A stretch of 64,000 nt of DNA from Eledone cirrhosa (Eukaryota), in NCBI GenBank assembly GCA_964016885.1, contig OZ024742.1, positions 115,816,001 to 115,880,000 of the forward strand, in the 5' to 3' direction. Each line of letters starts with the position of its first letter. Positions within the stretch are counted from its first letter, which is position 1. A program made the translations under genes and the position numbers. The notes below the pieces were generated by a model, which searched no databases, was not told the origin of the DNA, and was given only the letters and a program-made list of their open reading frames with translations. Positions 26,822-41,189 of this stretch are shown here, piece after piece.

Positions 26822-27475
26822 GTCGTCTTTATTAACCACAAAGGATTTACAAAAAATACATTAAGGCTAGCATACGACGTGACAATGTATGTTTCTGCGT
26901 GCTAAAAATGACTATAAAACGAAAACAAAGATGTAACGAAGAATAGAAACAATAGAAAATTCCGCAATAGCTGAGCGACTTCCGCGGGTACTCGAGGAAA
27001 AAGCCCACAAAATCCACAATCAAATGACCACTATGGCAAATGCCTTCTCACGGGCGTTCTCCGTCAATCAGCAGGTACACGGCCCATTCACTCGCCTATT
27101 TCACCCATCTTTCAACAAATTGCATTAAAGGCCACACTTATTTATCCACCCTTATTTACATCTTCAAGCGAAACCTGAAGAATTTAATCAGGAGGTCGTC
27201 GAAGAAGTAAGTGTCAGTTTTCAGCTCATTCAGACCTCTCCACCATACGGCATTCTTTCACCATGAGTACCAGACAGACAAACACAGCCTGCCCTTCTTA
27301 GCTAGGTAAGGGCGTTCTGGCGAATGTTGACGATGTCCCTCAGTTGACAGTCGGATCCGTCCTTATACCTGACAGTAGGTGATCGAGATAAACCCACACG
27401 CCAGTTATATTCGGAAACTGGATGAGTGCCTGCGCGACGGTTTCGTCACCGTGTGCATATCTCGGACATACCTGT
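26822..27475 (-). mobile_element. Older, more diverged Tx1 3' fragment (copy D)
   Basis: Encodes CPRYAHGDETVAQALIQFP and has the 3' end tctttattaaccaca next to (TAA)n. Confidence 0.8.
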
Positions 27476-27677
27476 ACTGAGAATGACAAAGTAACCATAC
27501 TCTGAGAGACGACAATACATGCATTCACGGATATCAAAGCAAATTGACCAAGTATTAGAGTAAAAAACCACCAAGAAATGCAATATGCGTTAAATTTGTT
27601 TAATTGTATGTATGAAAATATACATATGTTATTCAGTCTCTGCAAGTTACTCAATTTACGATATGTAATATAAGAAT

Positions 27678-27880
27678 TCGGTGGCGTTGGATTGGCAGTA
27701 TGTTCAGTGTGGCGGACATACTCTTTTATGCTATTGTATTGCGAGTTGTATAAATTCTGCGTTCAAATTTTACCGAGGCTAACTTTTCCTGTCATCCTTT
27801 TGAGGTCGATAAACCAAAGTATTAGTTACTTACTATCAGTCCATCAAAAATGTTCTGGTTTTGTGCATATGTTAGAAACG
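27678..27880 (+). mobile_element. tRNA-derived SINE, same family as 9640-10010; a further remnant lies at about 28340-28500
   Basis: Sequence reads TGGCAGTATG..GCGTTCAAATT..CCGAGG..TCATCCTTTTGAGGTCGATAAA. Confidence 0.6.
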
Positions 27881-28953
27881 AATAAGATATATCTAACTTA
27901 TTATTATACCTTGTTTCTCTCTTTCTCTCGTAACACATATTCAATGTTCCCATTATATTTTACAGATGGCCCTTGCCCCCATGGTTTTAAATAAGGCATC
28001 ATATGAAAGAAAAATTATTTTGAGTGAAACATTTATTTAGAGAAAAACATGTAATACAATTTTATTGAGTATTGTATTAAAATAAACTTAACTTTCAGAA
28101 TCCTAGTTTGTTTTTTTAGAACTCGGGCATTCACGAGAATCAACGTTAGGAAACAATGATGTAGTGAATTAATAACTTCCAATGTTAAAATGTATAAATT
28201 ATAACCGAATTATAATTAGTTCATCCCTTTTTCTATATTTATTTCTAAACTTTACATCTAGTTTGTGTATTATAACGTACTTTGGTTACTGATTCCTGTA
28301 TGTCTAATTATGTTGCGGCTCTGAATACGTTGCTTCTCTAGCACATTGCTTGAAATTACATAGAGTTGTGGCCCTTTACGTTCCCAATTCAAATCCCACC
28401 GAATTCAACTTTTCCTTTCATCCTTAGGCAGTTGATAAAATAAAGCACAAGTAATGCACTGCGGTAACTGCTGGCCTTCTGCCAAATGTAGAATTAATTA
28501 TTAACTTTTCTTATATCACGTCGATTTGACGTATTTTACAGTAGGAAAGTTTTTTTTCAACTAAATCGTTCTATTCCTGTCTTAAGGTATGGCTTCGTTG
28601 CTCAGTATATATATTTTCATATAGGATATGTTTAAGTACCCATTCTATTTGTTAAGAAATATGCTCTTTTTTCGTTGTAATATTGTATCTAGTAAGCATT
28701 TATTCTTTTAAATAACACTGACTTTAAGGATTTGTGTATAGAATGATTACAGCAAACAAGGCTTCCTTTGTTACGTTACTATACAATATTTGGAGATTAA
28801 CTTTTGTATGACAACCGATCAGCGGTTTTTCAGTGAATGGTTGCATATATTTTCAAGGACGATTGAGAAACTTGTAGGTGGAATATATTCCTTTATGGAA
28901 TATATATATATGGTGCGTTATGGTCCACCTGGTTCCTTACCACATTTCCTTCG

Positions 28954-29009
<56 letters not shown>

Positions 29010-29075
29010 GAATAAATGAACAGAGAACAAAAAACAGAGAGGCTGTATAAGTGATATGGTTTTTAGTTTCACGCT

Positions 29076-29107
<32 letters not shown>

Positions 29108-30559
29108 TATATACGTTTGCTATACTGAGTGCAACATCTTGCTGATGATAGTGACTTCTTGTAGTAGTGCGTTTTGTTTACTATTATATTTTGCTATTAA
29201 CTTCTACGTTTTAATTTCTATTCGTGGAGTGAAAGGCGTGTCCATACGCAATTTCGGGGGCACCGTAACTGGAGTAAATTAGGGAGAGATACGTACACTA
29301 CAAGCTTAAACAATATGTTTGTAACGGAGTGGATTCCGCTAAAAGCAACCAATGAAGAAGTGGTGGAATTATAGCAGCTAGCGGATTAAATCTACTCACC
29401 AGGTACACCAGAAACGCATTTGAAATCAGAAGATAACAGCATCTAGACCGAATTTCATTAAGCAACTGCACTAACTCTGTGTACCGTTTTGCAAATTATT
29501 CTCTGAATGTTAATTTAAATTGAATTTAAACGCATTCAATGTTTTCGTTATCAAAATCTTCTGTCCAGATAGTCTATGTCGAAGAAGAGGCTCTATTTGC
29601 CATTGAATAATCTAAAACGGATATATTTACGAAATTCATTCTTCGATTGCAAATAATACTTCAATTTGTCTGAATATCACTTTGGAATAAGTGAAGACGT
29701 TTAAGTTTTCAATTGAAAATAACGCTGCTTAGTTTATCAAATCACGGATCAGTAAACTTGCTAAGTGTGCATAACATTCTTGATAAACGGATGGCAGGCA
29801 TTCACGTTTATTTTTCATCTATTACAATTTTGGACAAACCTATTTTTTCTCAACAAAAGGCAGTGAATAATGTATTTTCCTCAGAATATTATTTGTTAAA
29901 TTTGGCATAAGTGATCTTGTGAGAATTTCCCATGAATAGTATCTGATAGCAGAAAAAGGGGTGATGTGATACTGTGAAAAGATTTTCAAAAGAATAAATA
30001 AGGAATAAATGCATCAATTCTCTCCCAGCTCTCAAGAATATATAAACGGGAAGTTGAATAAGTCACGTGGATTTTGTATTGCCAATCATCTTTGCTGGCA
30101 AATAGCCAGCCACAACGATTGATTAATTCTGTGATCTTATGTGCTGTCTTTCAAATAGTTCATCTCATAAAAGCTGATAAAATAATGTTGTCACGATGCA
30201 GCGCTTATAGCACGCTTCAGTAGATATTTGGTGGCCATTTGGATCACATTCAGAAATAGCTGCCGAATTTTATATTCGATTCGAAGTTCAAAGCTAACGA
30301 GACAACTATTTCAAAATTGTCTCCATAAATATACACATCTACATATGGCTACATAAATGATATAATGTGATATCTAGTGATATTTTCCATGGTACTATTC
30401 GTCTAGCACATAACAATATTTCCTTAACTGTTAATATATATATATGTGTGTGTGTATGTGTGTGTGTGTGTCTGTGTGTATGCATGGGTGTGTGTGTGAG
30501 CGTGCGTGCTTGTGTCAACTCATATATATATATATATTTCAAAGCTCAAGACAAATACA

Positions 30560-31150
30560 GATATTTGGTATGTGCTAGGGGAGGAGTAAATAAGGAATTC
30601 CATGTCTCGGATATAAGCCCTTCTTCAGGAAACAGCAATTTATTTTGAGGATTTTGTTTGAATTAAGAGCAAAGGAAAATCTCACAGTTGAGGTGTTTCA
30701 TGAAGAGAAGGATCGAACGTGTGAGGAAAAGCTCACAAGTGGAATAAAGAAGAAGAAAGATTTGGAGGTGGTGTCTGTCGATGGGGCGTATCTTGGAGTG
30801 GGTCGAGTGGAGGATGGGATACATGAGATAACGAAAAGATCGAATGAGGATGGGCTATCCTCGCATGTTGAGATGGAGGTGAAGGCAGTGGTTGAGGAAA
30901 GTGATAAGATGTAGTGCAGGGATTTTCCGAGCAGGAGATATGGAAATTGCATAGCGGGTTGGATGCAGAAAGGTGGGGATGTGATGAAGTGTTTGAAGCG
31001 CGAGTATATATATATATATATATGTCTCTATGTATATAGAAGATATATTTGCTTTTGGTCCATCGACGGTTTCAACCACGACCATTCCAGTTCATTCTCT
31101 CCAAAGAACGCCTGGCTCGCCATTCCAGAGAGTTTAGTGCATTAATGTAG
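30560..31150 (-). mobile_element. Probable Penelope-like pLTR/5' remnant with a mutated hammerhead core
   Basis: The minus strand reads TTCCTGAAGAAGGGCTTATATCCGAGACATG (CUGAAGA..GAGA instead of GAAA). The adjacent sequence is pyrimidine-rich on the minus strand. Confidence 0.4.
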
Positions 31151-31649
31151 CTCTCAGTCTGTGATAATACTGGTATAATATTAGTCAAATAGCATGTTAA
31201 ACCTGTCCTAGGTTGTGTGAGAGGAACATATAAAGATAATAATTATGTAGAAACAGATATATGAAGTTAATAAATAATTTGTTGAGAGAGGTTCTAGAGG
31301 GAATGTAAATTATTACGGAGGTGGAATTTGTTAGGTCAACCATGTAGGGTGTAGATCTGGGGATTAGTATTTCAAGGAAATGTGTAAATATTGAAGTTGG
31401 GATATTTAGATTATCTAAAATATTAGCTCTGTATATATACAGAGATTTTTGTTGTTGATATTTTGGTAATACTCACATTCACGCACATACACAAAAAGAA
31501 AAACATACACATTTATATGTATGTGTGTGCATGTGTGCCTGTGTGTATATCTAGTTATATATAGACATATGTGTGTGTTTAGTGTATATATGTGTGTGCC
31601 TGCATACTTTATGAACAGCAGTAAGAACAATATGCACTTTTGCTAATTA

Positions 31650-32200
31650 CTAAGTCTTTGTCACCTTCATGCTACTGAATGTTTCTACCCTATTTTGTAG
31701 CAGCTGTTAACCTATGTACTTTATAAGTTCCGGCCGAATTCCACGCCATGCTACTCTCAAATAGGTCATTAAGCATGAATTGACGCTGCAGACCCCGCCC
31801 CCAGTTCGAGCTGGTGGGGCTGGACCGAGAGTAAGGTAAGAGAACAGAGGGTAGTAAAACCCACATCTGGGATTCCACATACAGTGACACATTCTCCTGC
31901 AGCAACCTGGTGCAGTCCACGACTAACACAGTCTCTGCTGCACTTCCGGGCGAGGAGGGTAAATCTCCAAATATCGGCCGTTCTCAGACATGTTTGCGGT
32001 CGAGCACGTGGAAGTGGAGACATCTGGTGGCCTTGGCCCTAGTGCCACCTCCCTGCTCACCAACATCAGCACAGAGTCGTCTTCCTACACGTGTGAGCCT
32101 TGCGAGCTGGAATGGCTCTTCCAGCGCTTCTCGCTCACCTTCCTCCGGGGAAACGCCTTCTCTATTCTGACCTCGGTGTGGCCAGTCCGTGGCCCCACAT
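31650..32200 (+). mobile_element. CRE-clade non-LTR retrotransposon C-terminal (RLE) fragment
   Basis: Translation gives IWDSTYSDTFSCSNL..AALPGEEGK..VETSGGLGPSATSLL..WLFQRFSLTFLRGNAFSIL, matching the CRE-type RLE tail (WD.T..D, VET.G..G, QR.S....RGNA). Confidence 0.75.
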
Positions 32201-32899
32201 TTTCTCACAATACTGAGAAATGGGGAAAGCAAGAGCAATGGAGACAGTAACAATGGGAGTTTGGTTCTTTTGTGTTAGGAGTTGGTGCATATATGTGTAG
32301 ATGTGAAAGAATGAGTATTTGGAAATATGTACATGTCTGTGTAATTTGGTGTTTCCTCACCAAATTTATATTTTCAATCTGTTTTGTATAAATATGAATT
32401 ATTTGATTATTTACAAATCATTAGTTAGAACTAAAGAATGTGTGTAATTTGAAGGAAAGAGTCTGAAAAAAGTGTTGAAATCATAGAAATCACCAAAAGA
32501 CTCCGAATTCAGCACTTCATATATTAAGGACGGTCTCCCTATCGGTCGAAAATATTCAACAAATTAAACGTTTTAAGAGCGTGTGGCGTGTGTATGTATA
32601 TATGTGTGCAATTATGTATCTTTATATGTAATATATGTGTGTATGTTGGTATATATACATTCATACATTTATAACGTGCTTCCTTTTGTTCTTTCTCCTC
32701 GGCACCAGGGTCTCACTTGCTTCAGCCACTGCACTGGTAAAGTACCCGTACCTCCTCGTCACACTCTACTCAGACTCTCCAATCTCTCTCTCCTCTGCCT
32801 CTCCACACAGAGCACTGAACTTGTTCCTCACTTCCACTGTGAACCTCTCCTGTAGTTTATCATCTTCCTTGAAAGCTCCCAGTGATAGATTGCTCTCCG

Positions 32900-34900
32900 G
32901 GGCCGAGCCTTGCTCTTTCTTATGCTCACCCGGACTTCACTCATAACAAGCCGGTGGTCAATGCCCAGTGTAATGAAATAGTTGCATGGTTCTGTGTTCA
33001 GAACACTATTCCGCCAAATTATCCTCTGCAGACCCAAAACTGTGTGCAGCCAGAGAACATCAGAAAGCTGGTAAGGACCAAATCTATGCTGATCCTACGG
33101 AGGAGAGGAAAGAGAATGTTGAAGTGATGAGGAAAGGACTCTGTACCACTTACACTGAGGCCAGAGAGGAGGCACTGATAGAGAAGATCAGATGTTTGGT
33201 GAGAGCGGTTGGCAGGTCTGGAGGTAAGTGAAAGCTGGATGATCATTAACCAGATCACAGGGAGGAAGAGAAGGTGCTCGAGTCAGATCCAGGGAACAGG
33301 GCCCAAGGATAGGAAGGGGAAATGGCCACACCATCTTAGGACCCTACCAGGAGAACCGCCCTCCACAGCCCAGAACAATGAGATCAGGCGGCTGTTTGAA
33401 GAACTGGATATAGAGAGAGAGCCCTTCACCAGTGAGGAGCTTCAGAGAACCAAGAAGAAGATCAAGGAGGGCAAGGCTCATGGAGAAGATGAAGTGGCAT
33501 CGGAGGTGATGAAGTGGTGTGATTTTGATGATATCATCCTGGGGTTCTGTAACCAGGCACTGGAGAAGGGAGTTGTCCCGAATCAGTGGAGGATCAGCAA
33601 CATCGTTCCAGTGCCAATGAGGGGAGATCTCTCTAACACCAACCACTACAGGGGTATCTCGCTGACATCACTTGCGGCAAATACCCCCAACAGGATGATT
33701 CTTAACAGGATCCAGCCCGAGATGGAGAGGAAGCTCAGGGACAAACAGAACGGCTTCAGAGAGGGAAGATCAACCACCAGTCACATCCTGATGCTGAGGA
33801 GAATATTAAAGGGAGCTAGAGCAAAGTGCCTTCCTGCGGTGATGGTTTTCATTGACTTTAGGAAGGCCTTTGATTCTGTGGACCGTCACTGCTTGATGAA
33901 GATCTTACAGGCTAATGGCATCCCCTAGAATATAGTGGACCTGATATCACTGCTCTACACCAACACCAACGCCCAAGTTATTACACCTGATGGGATGTCA
34001 GAGTTCTTTGAGATACTGGCTGGAGTGCTCCTGTGAGATACAATGGCTACCTACCTTTTTATCATCGTAGTGGACGATTGTATGCGCCTTGCACTGGAGA
34101 AACACCAGGACTCTGGTTTTACTGTAATACCGGCTCAGAGCAGGAGAGCTAGGCGAAAAATATATGGGATGCTGAATTTGACGACGACATAGTTTTGGTG
34201 ACAAATACAGTGAAGGAGACAGAGGATTTGATGCACGAAGTTGAGACTGTGTCGATGAGTGTGGGGCTGAGAATGAATGAGACTAAGACAAAATGTCTGG
34301 TAGAGAATGCTGAGAAGCCAGAGGGGATTACTAATGTAGGCGGGAAGCCGCTGGAATTAGTTGAGGACTTCCTGTATTTGGGAGCAAAGATTGGGAATAC
34401 GGAAGATGATGTGGTTGAGAGGAAGAGAAAAGACTGGGCGGCGTGCGACAGTTTGAGATCGGTGTGGAAGTCGGAACTTCGTGTAGACCTGAAGATCCGC
34501 CTCTTCATTGCTGTAGGGGAGACCAAGAAACTCACTCAGATGATGGAGGGGTGCTACACGAGAATGCTGAGGATGGCTCTGAATATTAATCAGTATACAC
34601 TGAGGATAAAAATCTCAGAGCTGTAAGGAGCCTCCCAAAAGCAGCTCAAAATTGACACAGGGGAGACTGGGGTTAGTTGGACATGCTCACCGACATCCAG
34701 AGTTAACACTGCATCCAGTGCTCCTGTGGGAGCCTCTGCATGGACACACTGGACGTGGAAGAGCAAGGTTAGCGTATGTCCATGCCCTAAGGACAGACAC
34801 TGGTCTGTTGGAGACGCAGGACATGGCAGCGATAATGAGGGACAAAGACCGCTGGAGAGAACTCGTCCATGGATCTCGGGAATTTTACACGCCCTAGATA
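32900..34900 (+). mobile_element. RTE-like non-LTR retrotransposon (RT and C-terminus), degenerate
   Basis: Motifs YRGISLTS, QNGFREGRST, FIDFRKAFDSVDR, EFDDD, FLYLGAKI, GCYTRMLRMALN and LWEPLHG..GR. Confidence 0.88.
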
Positions 34901-35086
34901 GATAGACATGTATAAATATGTATATATATATATATATATGGGTGTGTGTGTGTGTGTGTGTGTGCGAACGTTTGGGTGGGTGTATATATATATATATATA
35001 TATATATAACGAATGAATTGTGGTAAGGATCCAGATGGACCATAACGCACGAAAGTACTCAAAACTTAAGGTAGTAGAGTGGGTAA

Positions 35087-35192
35087 TAGGAACAAGTATG
35101 TCCCCGATGGCAGATCTCAGGCCGTTTCTTTTAGTCCAGAAATAGCCGTTGAAACGGCTTGAGCTCTGCCGTCGGGGTCATACTTGTTTCTA
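35087..35192. repeat. Imperfect inverted repeat forming a hairpin with a stem of about 40 bp
   Basis: TAGGAACAAGTATGTCCCCGATGGCAGATCTCAGGCCGTTTC pairs with GAAACGGCTTGAGCTCTGCCGTCGGGGTCATACTTGTTTCTA. Confidence 0.85.
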
Positions 35193-36131
35193 TGTATATA
35201 TATATATATATATTTATTTATATATATATGAAATTCCTGTTAGATGTTATCATATTTATCTATAATGCATTAGAATTTTAAAGTTATCTAGTTAGTCTTA
35301 AATAAACGTATGAATGTATGTATGTATGTACGTAGGTAGGTAGATACGTGGGTTGGTCAGTACGTATGTAGGTAGGTAAGAATGTACTATTTGCACACGT
35401 ATATATTTATATGCATTTATGTCTGTAAGTATAATATTTGTTGCTTTGATGAATCTGTACGTTTTGCCGTATGCATACACAACACTAGCTAAACAAATAA
35501 AATCATATGGATATTGTCACCGTTCCATTAATAATTTATAATTGTTATTATCTAATTGGCCGTGTCCATTCTGCTTTTCTGAACCTCAAGTACACAAGAT
35601 TTAATTTTCGGCACATATTTACATAAGCACGCACTCTATTAACCATATGTTGTATAAAATCTATATTTATATGTTTACATGTTTTTATAATTTCATTAAA
35701 ACAACTTAATTAACTGTGTTCTTTCTGGTTTTGTGAAGTACAGCTTTACCCAATTGCTTTTTGAGGCAGTTATGTAACAAATGGCATCAATAATCACTGA
35801 AGTTAGAGCCTGGTTGGCAGAATGGTAGATAATGTTTATATTGTCATATATGTTTGGTTTATTGTATCTTTAACACTACGTTATCTTCTAATGGACAACA
35901 TCTTTCTTTTGAAAGTATGCAAACTTTCTTTTCGCTGTTGCAGAACATTATGTCTGTCGTCATATGTGTTTATATTTCATATATGAGAGGAACATTCAAC
36001 CTATTCTATTCCTTCGTATACTCTGACTTTCAGGACCTTCCTTTCTGTGAAATGTCATGAATAGTATTTTGGCGATTACACCTTGTCCTATAGCGTGAGG
36101 AAATTTAAGGAAAGCTATTTAGTACAAAGTC

Positions 36132-36174
<43 letters not shown>

Positions 36175-36175
<1 letters not shown>

Positions 36176-36620
36176 TAGCAGAGGTACCCGGTGTTGCTCG
36201 GATATTAAATAGCAGTTGTGTATACCATTTATGTCAATACTTCAGTGCTGCTTCGAAAACTATACTTTTACAAAATCATTGGCTATTTCCAAAAGGGGGT
36301 TCCTGCCCCCCAGGGGTTCCCTACCCAATATATGCCAATTCTGAGAGTTCACATTCATCTGTAGGACAAACGTAGTCCATGTGTCAAGTTTTGTGAAAAT
36401 CGGTTGCGAACTCCAGAAGTTATAACGTTTTGTTGCATTGCACTGCAGTGCTTCAGTCGACTCCAAGGAAGTGGTTAAAGTGGTTAAAGGGGTTATCTGC
36501 CGGGGGGGCCCTATAATCAATATCTGGAAAAATGACAGTGCCCATTACCATCCGGAGTACATAAGTAACCTATGTCTTACGTTTGGTGAAAATACTCTAG
36601 AAATGCATAAGGTGTATACA
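36175..36620 (-). mobile_element. Non-autonomous Helitron-like element
   Basis: TTAGCAGAGGTACCCGGTGTTGCTCGG is the reverse complement of a Helitron-type 3' hairpin plus CTRR. The internal AAGTTTTGTGAAAATCGGTTG motif is typical of such elements, and microsatellites flank it. Confidence 0.5.
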
Positions 36621-36635
36621 TATGCGCGTGCGTTC

Positions 36636-36759
<124 letters not shown>

Positions 36760-37878
36760 ATTTATGTGTGCGTATGTATGTGTATGTCCGTCTGGGCATG
36801 CGTATGAACTGGCCTAAATCTTCACTATTTACTTTTACTACTTGAATAACCTCTGTCATTTCCTTTCATCAATTTTATTTACATCATTCTTAAACTCCGC
36901 GGCCGGAAATCATTCTGTTGTTTTAAATAGATTATTAGTCTACCGACTCCATTTATACCATAAACTTGGTCTTGTCTTTGCATGAAATTGTTCTTAACGC
37001 TCCAGATAACGACGTATTATCCTCGCTTTTTTCCCGTTCATTGCCAGGGAACGTCTTCACGAACGAAAATATCGTTTTCCTGTTTTCGTTCGGTTGCAAC
37101 GTTTCTCGAAATATTTACTTCTGCGTTCACAGATTACTCTCAGTTCAATTTGAATGGGAAATTCCTGTTTCATCGATTTTCTCCATAACCATGGAAGCTC
37201 GTGTCATTCTGCATAACTGTGTACATTTTCGGTGCATTCCACCAAGCCGTTTCGATGTTTATCCGACTACACTACATATACAACGTCCGACCACTTCCAA
37301 TTTATATAGTAGATTTGTTTATATATCAATGACAAAAAGAAAAGTACAAAACTATACATGAATTGTTTCTACTAAACCTTCAATTTAAGACACAACCTTT
37401 TTATTTGATAGGACTCCAGCTCACACCTTCTTCTTCTTCTTCTTTTGCCCCCGCCCCTGGAACATTGGGCTGCGGCCACCCCCACACAACACCATATTCT
37501 GAGTCTGCTTTTCAACACCACCGTGATCCACGGTGCGTCATGGTGTATCTAACCATTTTTTTAGGTCTTACTATGGCTGATTTCTTCCAGAGAGAAAGAA
37601 AGAGATGGAAAAAGGCAGAGAAGATTCATCCCCGGAGGAATAATAAAAAATGTTTACACTGCACATTTCATTTTTTTCAAAGCTAAAGCTTCCGATCCAA
37701 AATAAATAAATCAACTCCCTGAAAACTTTCAAATATATGCTGTTCTAGCATGAATATTATGCTAAGGGGCAGCTGTCGACAAAGTAAGATTTACTTGCAT
37801 ATCCCCGCTCATATAAACACATAAATACATGCATACATACATTACAGTTGATATTTTTTGTTATTAAAGCGTTTTCAT

Positions 37879-37922
<44 letters not shown>

Positions 37923-38231
37923 GTGACGAAACATAAGTCAATTGCATGAACTGATAATCCTTTATTTACTGCTTTATTTGTATGAAATTGTAAATAAGAC
38001 AAAAACATTAGAACAGAGGGAAATAAGTCACCGAAAGCGATAGTAAATAGACCATTTTGGGGCCCCAGGGACCACATTTTTCAAGTTAGAGATTTGAAAC
38101 CTGGTCTATTTGCTTCCTTGGCACTTTTTACATAGGTGTGTAAATGTTCATGGCCGTCCGACCACGTCTACTACCATTTAACCGTGCACAACTGAATTTC
38201 AACCACCACCCATTTCACAAATATATGTTAG

Positions 38232-38298
<67 letters not shown>

Positions 38299-38303
38299 GC
38301 GTG

Positions 38304-38342
<39 letters not shown>

Positions 38343-39651
38343 GCGTGTATGTGTGTGTGAGTGTGTATGTGTGTGTGTGCGTGCGTGTGTGGGTGTGTGT
38401 ATATGCGTGCGCGGGTGCGTGTGTGTGTGTGTGTGTGTACGTATGTGTGTGTGTGTGTATGTGTGTGAGTGCGCGCGTGCGTGCGTGCGTGCGTGCGTGC
38501 GTGTGCGCGTGTGCGCGCGTGTGTGTGTGTGTGTGTCCAGAAAAATCGTCATCTTCAGATTGACATAAAGGCACTGACAGAAACAGTCCAGCCTTGTGTT
38601 ACCAATTCACCTACACCTCAATGGTATCTCCTGCATGGAGCTGATTGACTTCATGCGACCGTCACAAAAGTAATCACGCATTACTCGTCTCTCCTCCTCT
38701 AACCAATCCTATCATTCATAATAAACCACGGTTCTGCAATAAAAATCTCGCATGTGTGTGTGTGTGTGTTTGTGTTAGTGTGTGTATGTGAGACTCTGTA
38801 TGTGCTTGGTGCATTTTCTTCTGCACAAACACATATTTACATACACACATACTTACATACATACTTACATACACACATACGTACACATAAAATCTGTTTC
38901 GTATGTATTCTTTTTTTTTATCTACCTTTTGATGTGTGGTGAATCATTAGCGAGAGAGAAATCGAAGGGCGGAGAAGGTAGTAGCGATAGTGAGAGAGTG
39001 CGTCATGACAACTATAGAATGTCTGCAGGAAATAAGGAGATGGGGAAAGTGGGAGAAATATAAAAAAAAAAGGAATTTATAGCAAAACAAAATGAATAAG
39101 GAATCGGAAGTGAAAGGATACACACATAGTCTGAAGTGAAGCAGAATGGGAGGAATAAACGATTGTTGCCTCAAAATGTAAAAGGAGGAGATTAAATGTG
39201 CATACAAATAAATAAACGCTTGGAAATATGTATTAGATTCAAACAGTTGTCTCTGTTGTTAGACCGAATCCATGGAGTGACATCATTTTCAGTTTCTTTT
39301 ATTTGATCATATCAACTCTAATAGTTATTTCAGTGTGGTACGCATATTTTGTTGAGTTTGTACGACCTGCCTATAGTACTATAGTATGTTTTACGATAAT
39401 AGAACGACGCAATGTGATGAACATTTCTCACTCGGGTTATGCACAATCTCCAACCGCACCTCATAAACAACATAGATAAACAGACACACACTAACACACA
39501 CATACACACACACCCATACACACACATGCACACACACACATATATATATATATATATTTGTGTGTGTGTGTGTTTGTGTATGTGTGTGGGTGCGTGTATG
39601 TGTGTGCGTGTGTGTATGCGATGGGGGCGTGTGTGTGTGGGGGGGGGGGGG

Positions 39652-39683
<32 letters not shown>

Positions 39684-40817
39684 CTGTGTGTGTGTGCCGC
39701 AAACGTTTTGGCAATTGAATTTAACTCATAGGGAAATTGGGAAACCGAATCTACAATATGCGAAACATTACTAATTAAGGCGCTGACGGGTCAAAGCCAA
39801 AATCGCATGATAGTGAAGCAAACAATGTTATACCTTCCGTCATACCGACGTCTATTCTATCGTAATCTTGAGTCAGTACTATCTTGTTAAATCACATCTC
39901 CCTAGCGTGTATTCATAGGGATCTATTTAAATTGTTATCTATTATCTCTGGATTAGAAGATCTACTTGCCGTTAACTCCAACAATACACTTTCTAACCTT
40001 CTGCATTCAAGCTTCACCCACTTGCAAAATAGACAGCTCACATAATATTTTCACTCATTTTCATGAACCGAAATCTAGAAAACATACTCCGATGGTGATT
40101 TTACATAGTACAAAAATATAATAATACAAAGATACAATCAGTGTACATATTAAGACGCCTTACAATCTCTGAAGATTATTGGCGAAAGCTCATCCTCAAC
40201 ATAATAAAGACTGCACCTCAAACACGAAAATACTTTTTCCCTTAATTACTAACTACATTGTACAACAGCTTCCACATATGAGAATGTACTGCTACTACAA
40301 GCGCGGAAATCCAAGACCACCTCCGAAGAAAAAAAAGAACATCTAATGAATTGGCATGAAGTTTGTAACTAACACAATACAATGATTGCCCAACAGATAT
40401 TATGACGTCTATCACAACATTTTCTAACGTCACTACAGTGTGTATTCCACTCTGTGGACTAGTATATTGCCACTTCCACTTACAGATTATTGTCTCATAT
40501 ATCTCAAATTTTCTCATTAATCATATTGTATTAACACATATCCAGAACCACATCTGAACTATAATAAAGTAAGAAGTGCGAGTCTGCGTACGGTTTATAA
40601 TGTGTTATCCCATTAGTAAAATAAGTTGGATTACTTTGAATAAATAATGAATGAATATTACATAATTTATCTACTAAATTTCGTGGCTGTTGATTAAATA
40701 TATTTTGTTTATTTAAAGATTCACTTCTTAAACATTTTTGAAATGTCAACACTTCCGGTGGCCATCGCTTAAATAAACATACTAATTTTCTCTCACTAAT
40801 TTTTCCTAATGCAGTTT

Positions 40818-41189
40818 ATATATAATATCGTCTTTTTTAATGTATCAAGGATTACGTTATTGATTACATAAGACAGTGTAACACAGTCTTCGTTCAATTT
40901 CTATGTATTATATATTGTCAATTACGATTTTATTTGGCGTATCATATCTACATGTATATATACTTGCGTATAATATCAATATACGCAATACACATGCTAG
41001 CAGATATATAATATCGTCTTTTTTAACGTATCATGGATTACGTTACTGATTAAATAAGACAGTGTAACGCAGTCTTCGTTCAATTTCTATGTATTATATA
41101 TTGTCAATTACGATTTTATTTCACGTATCATATCTACATGTATATATACTTGCGTATAATATCAATATACACACTACACATGCTAGCAG
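40818..41189. repeat. Tandem duplication, 2 x 186 bp
   Basis: ATATATAATATCGTCTTTTTTAA starts at 40818 and again at 41004; the two copies differ by a few substitutions. Confidence 0.9.

Noticed and set aside
9270-27475. Segmental duplication as the source of the repeated Dong-Tx1 junctions
   Set aside because: Truncation points differ, Tx1 parts are more diverged than Dong parts, and a TSD flanks Dong copy 1.
29138-29175. CTGATGA motif (also near 10479 and 14320)
   Set aside because: No downstream GAAA or paired stems.
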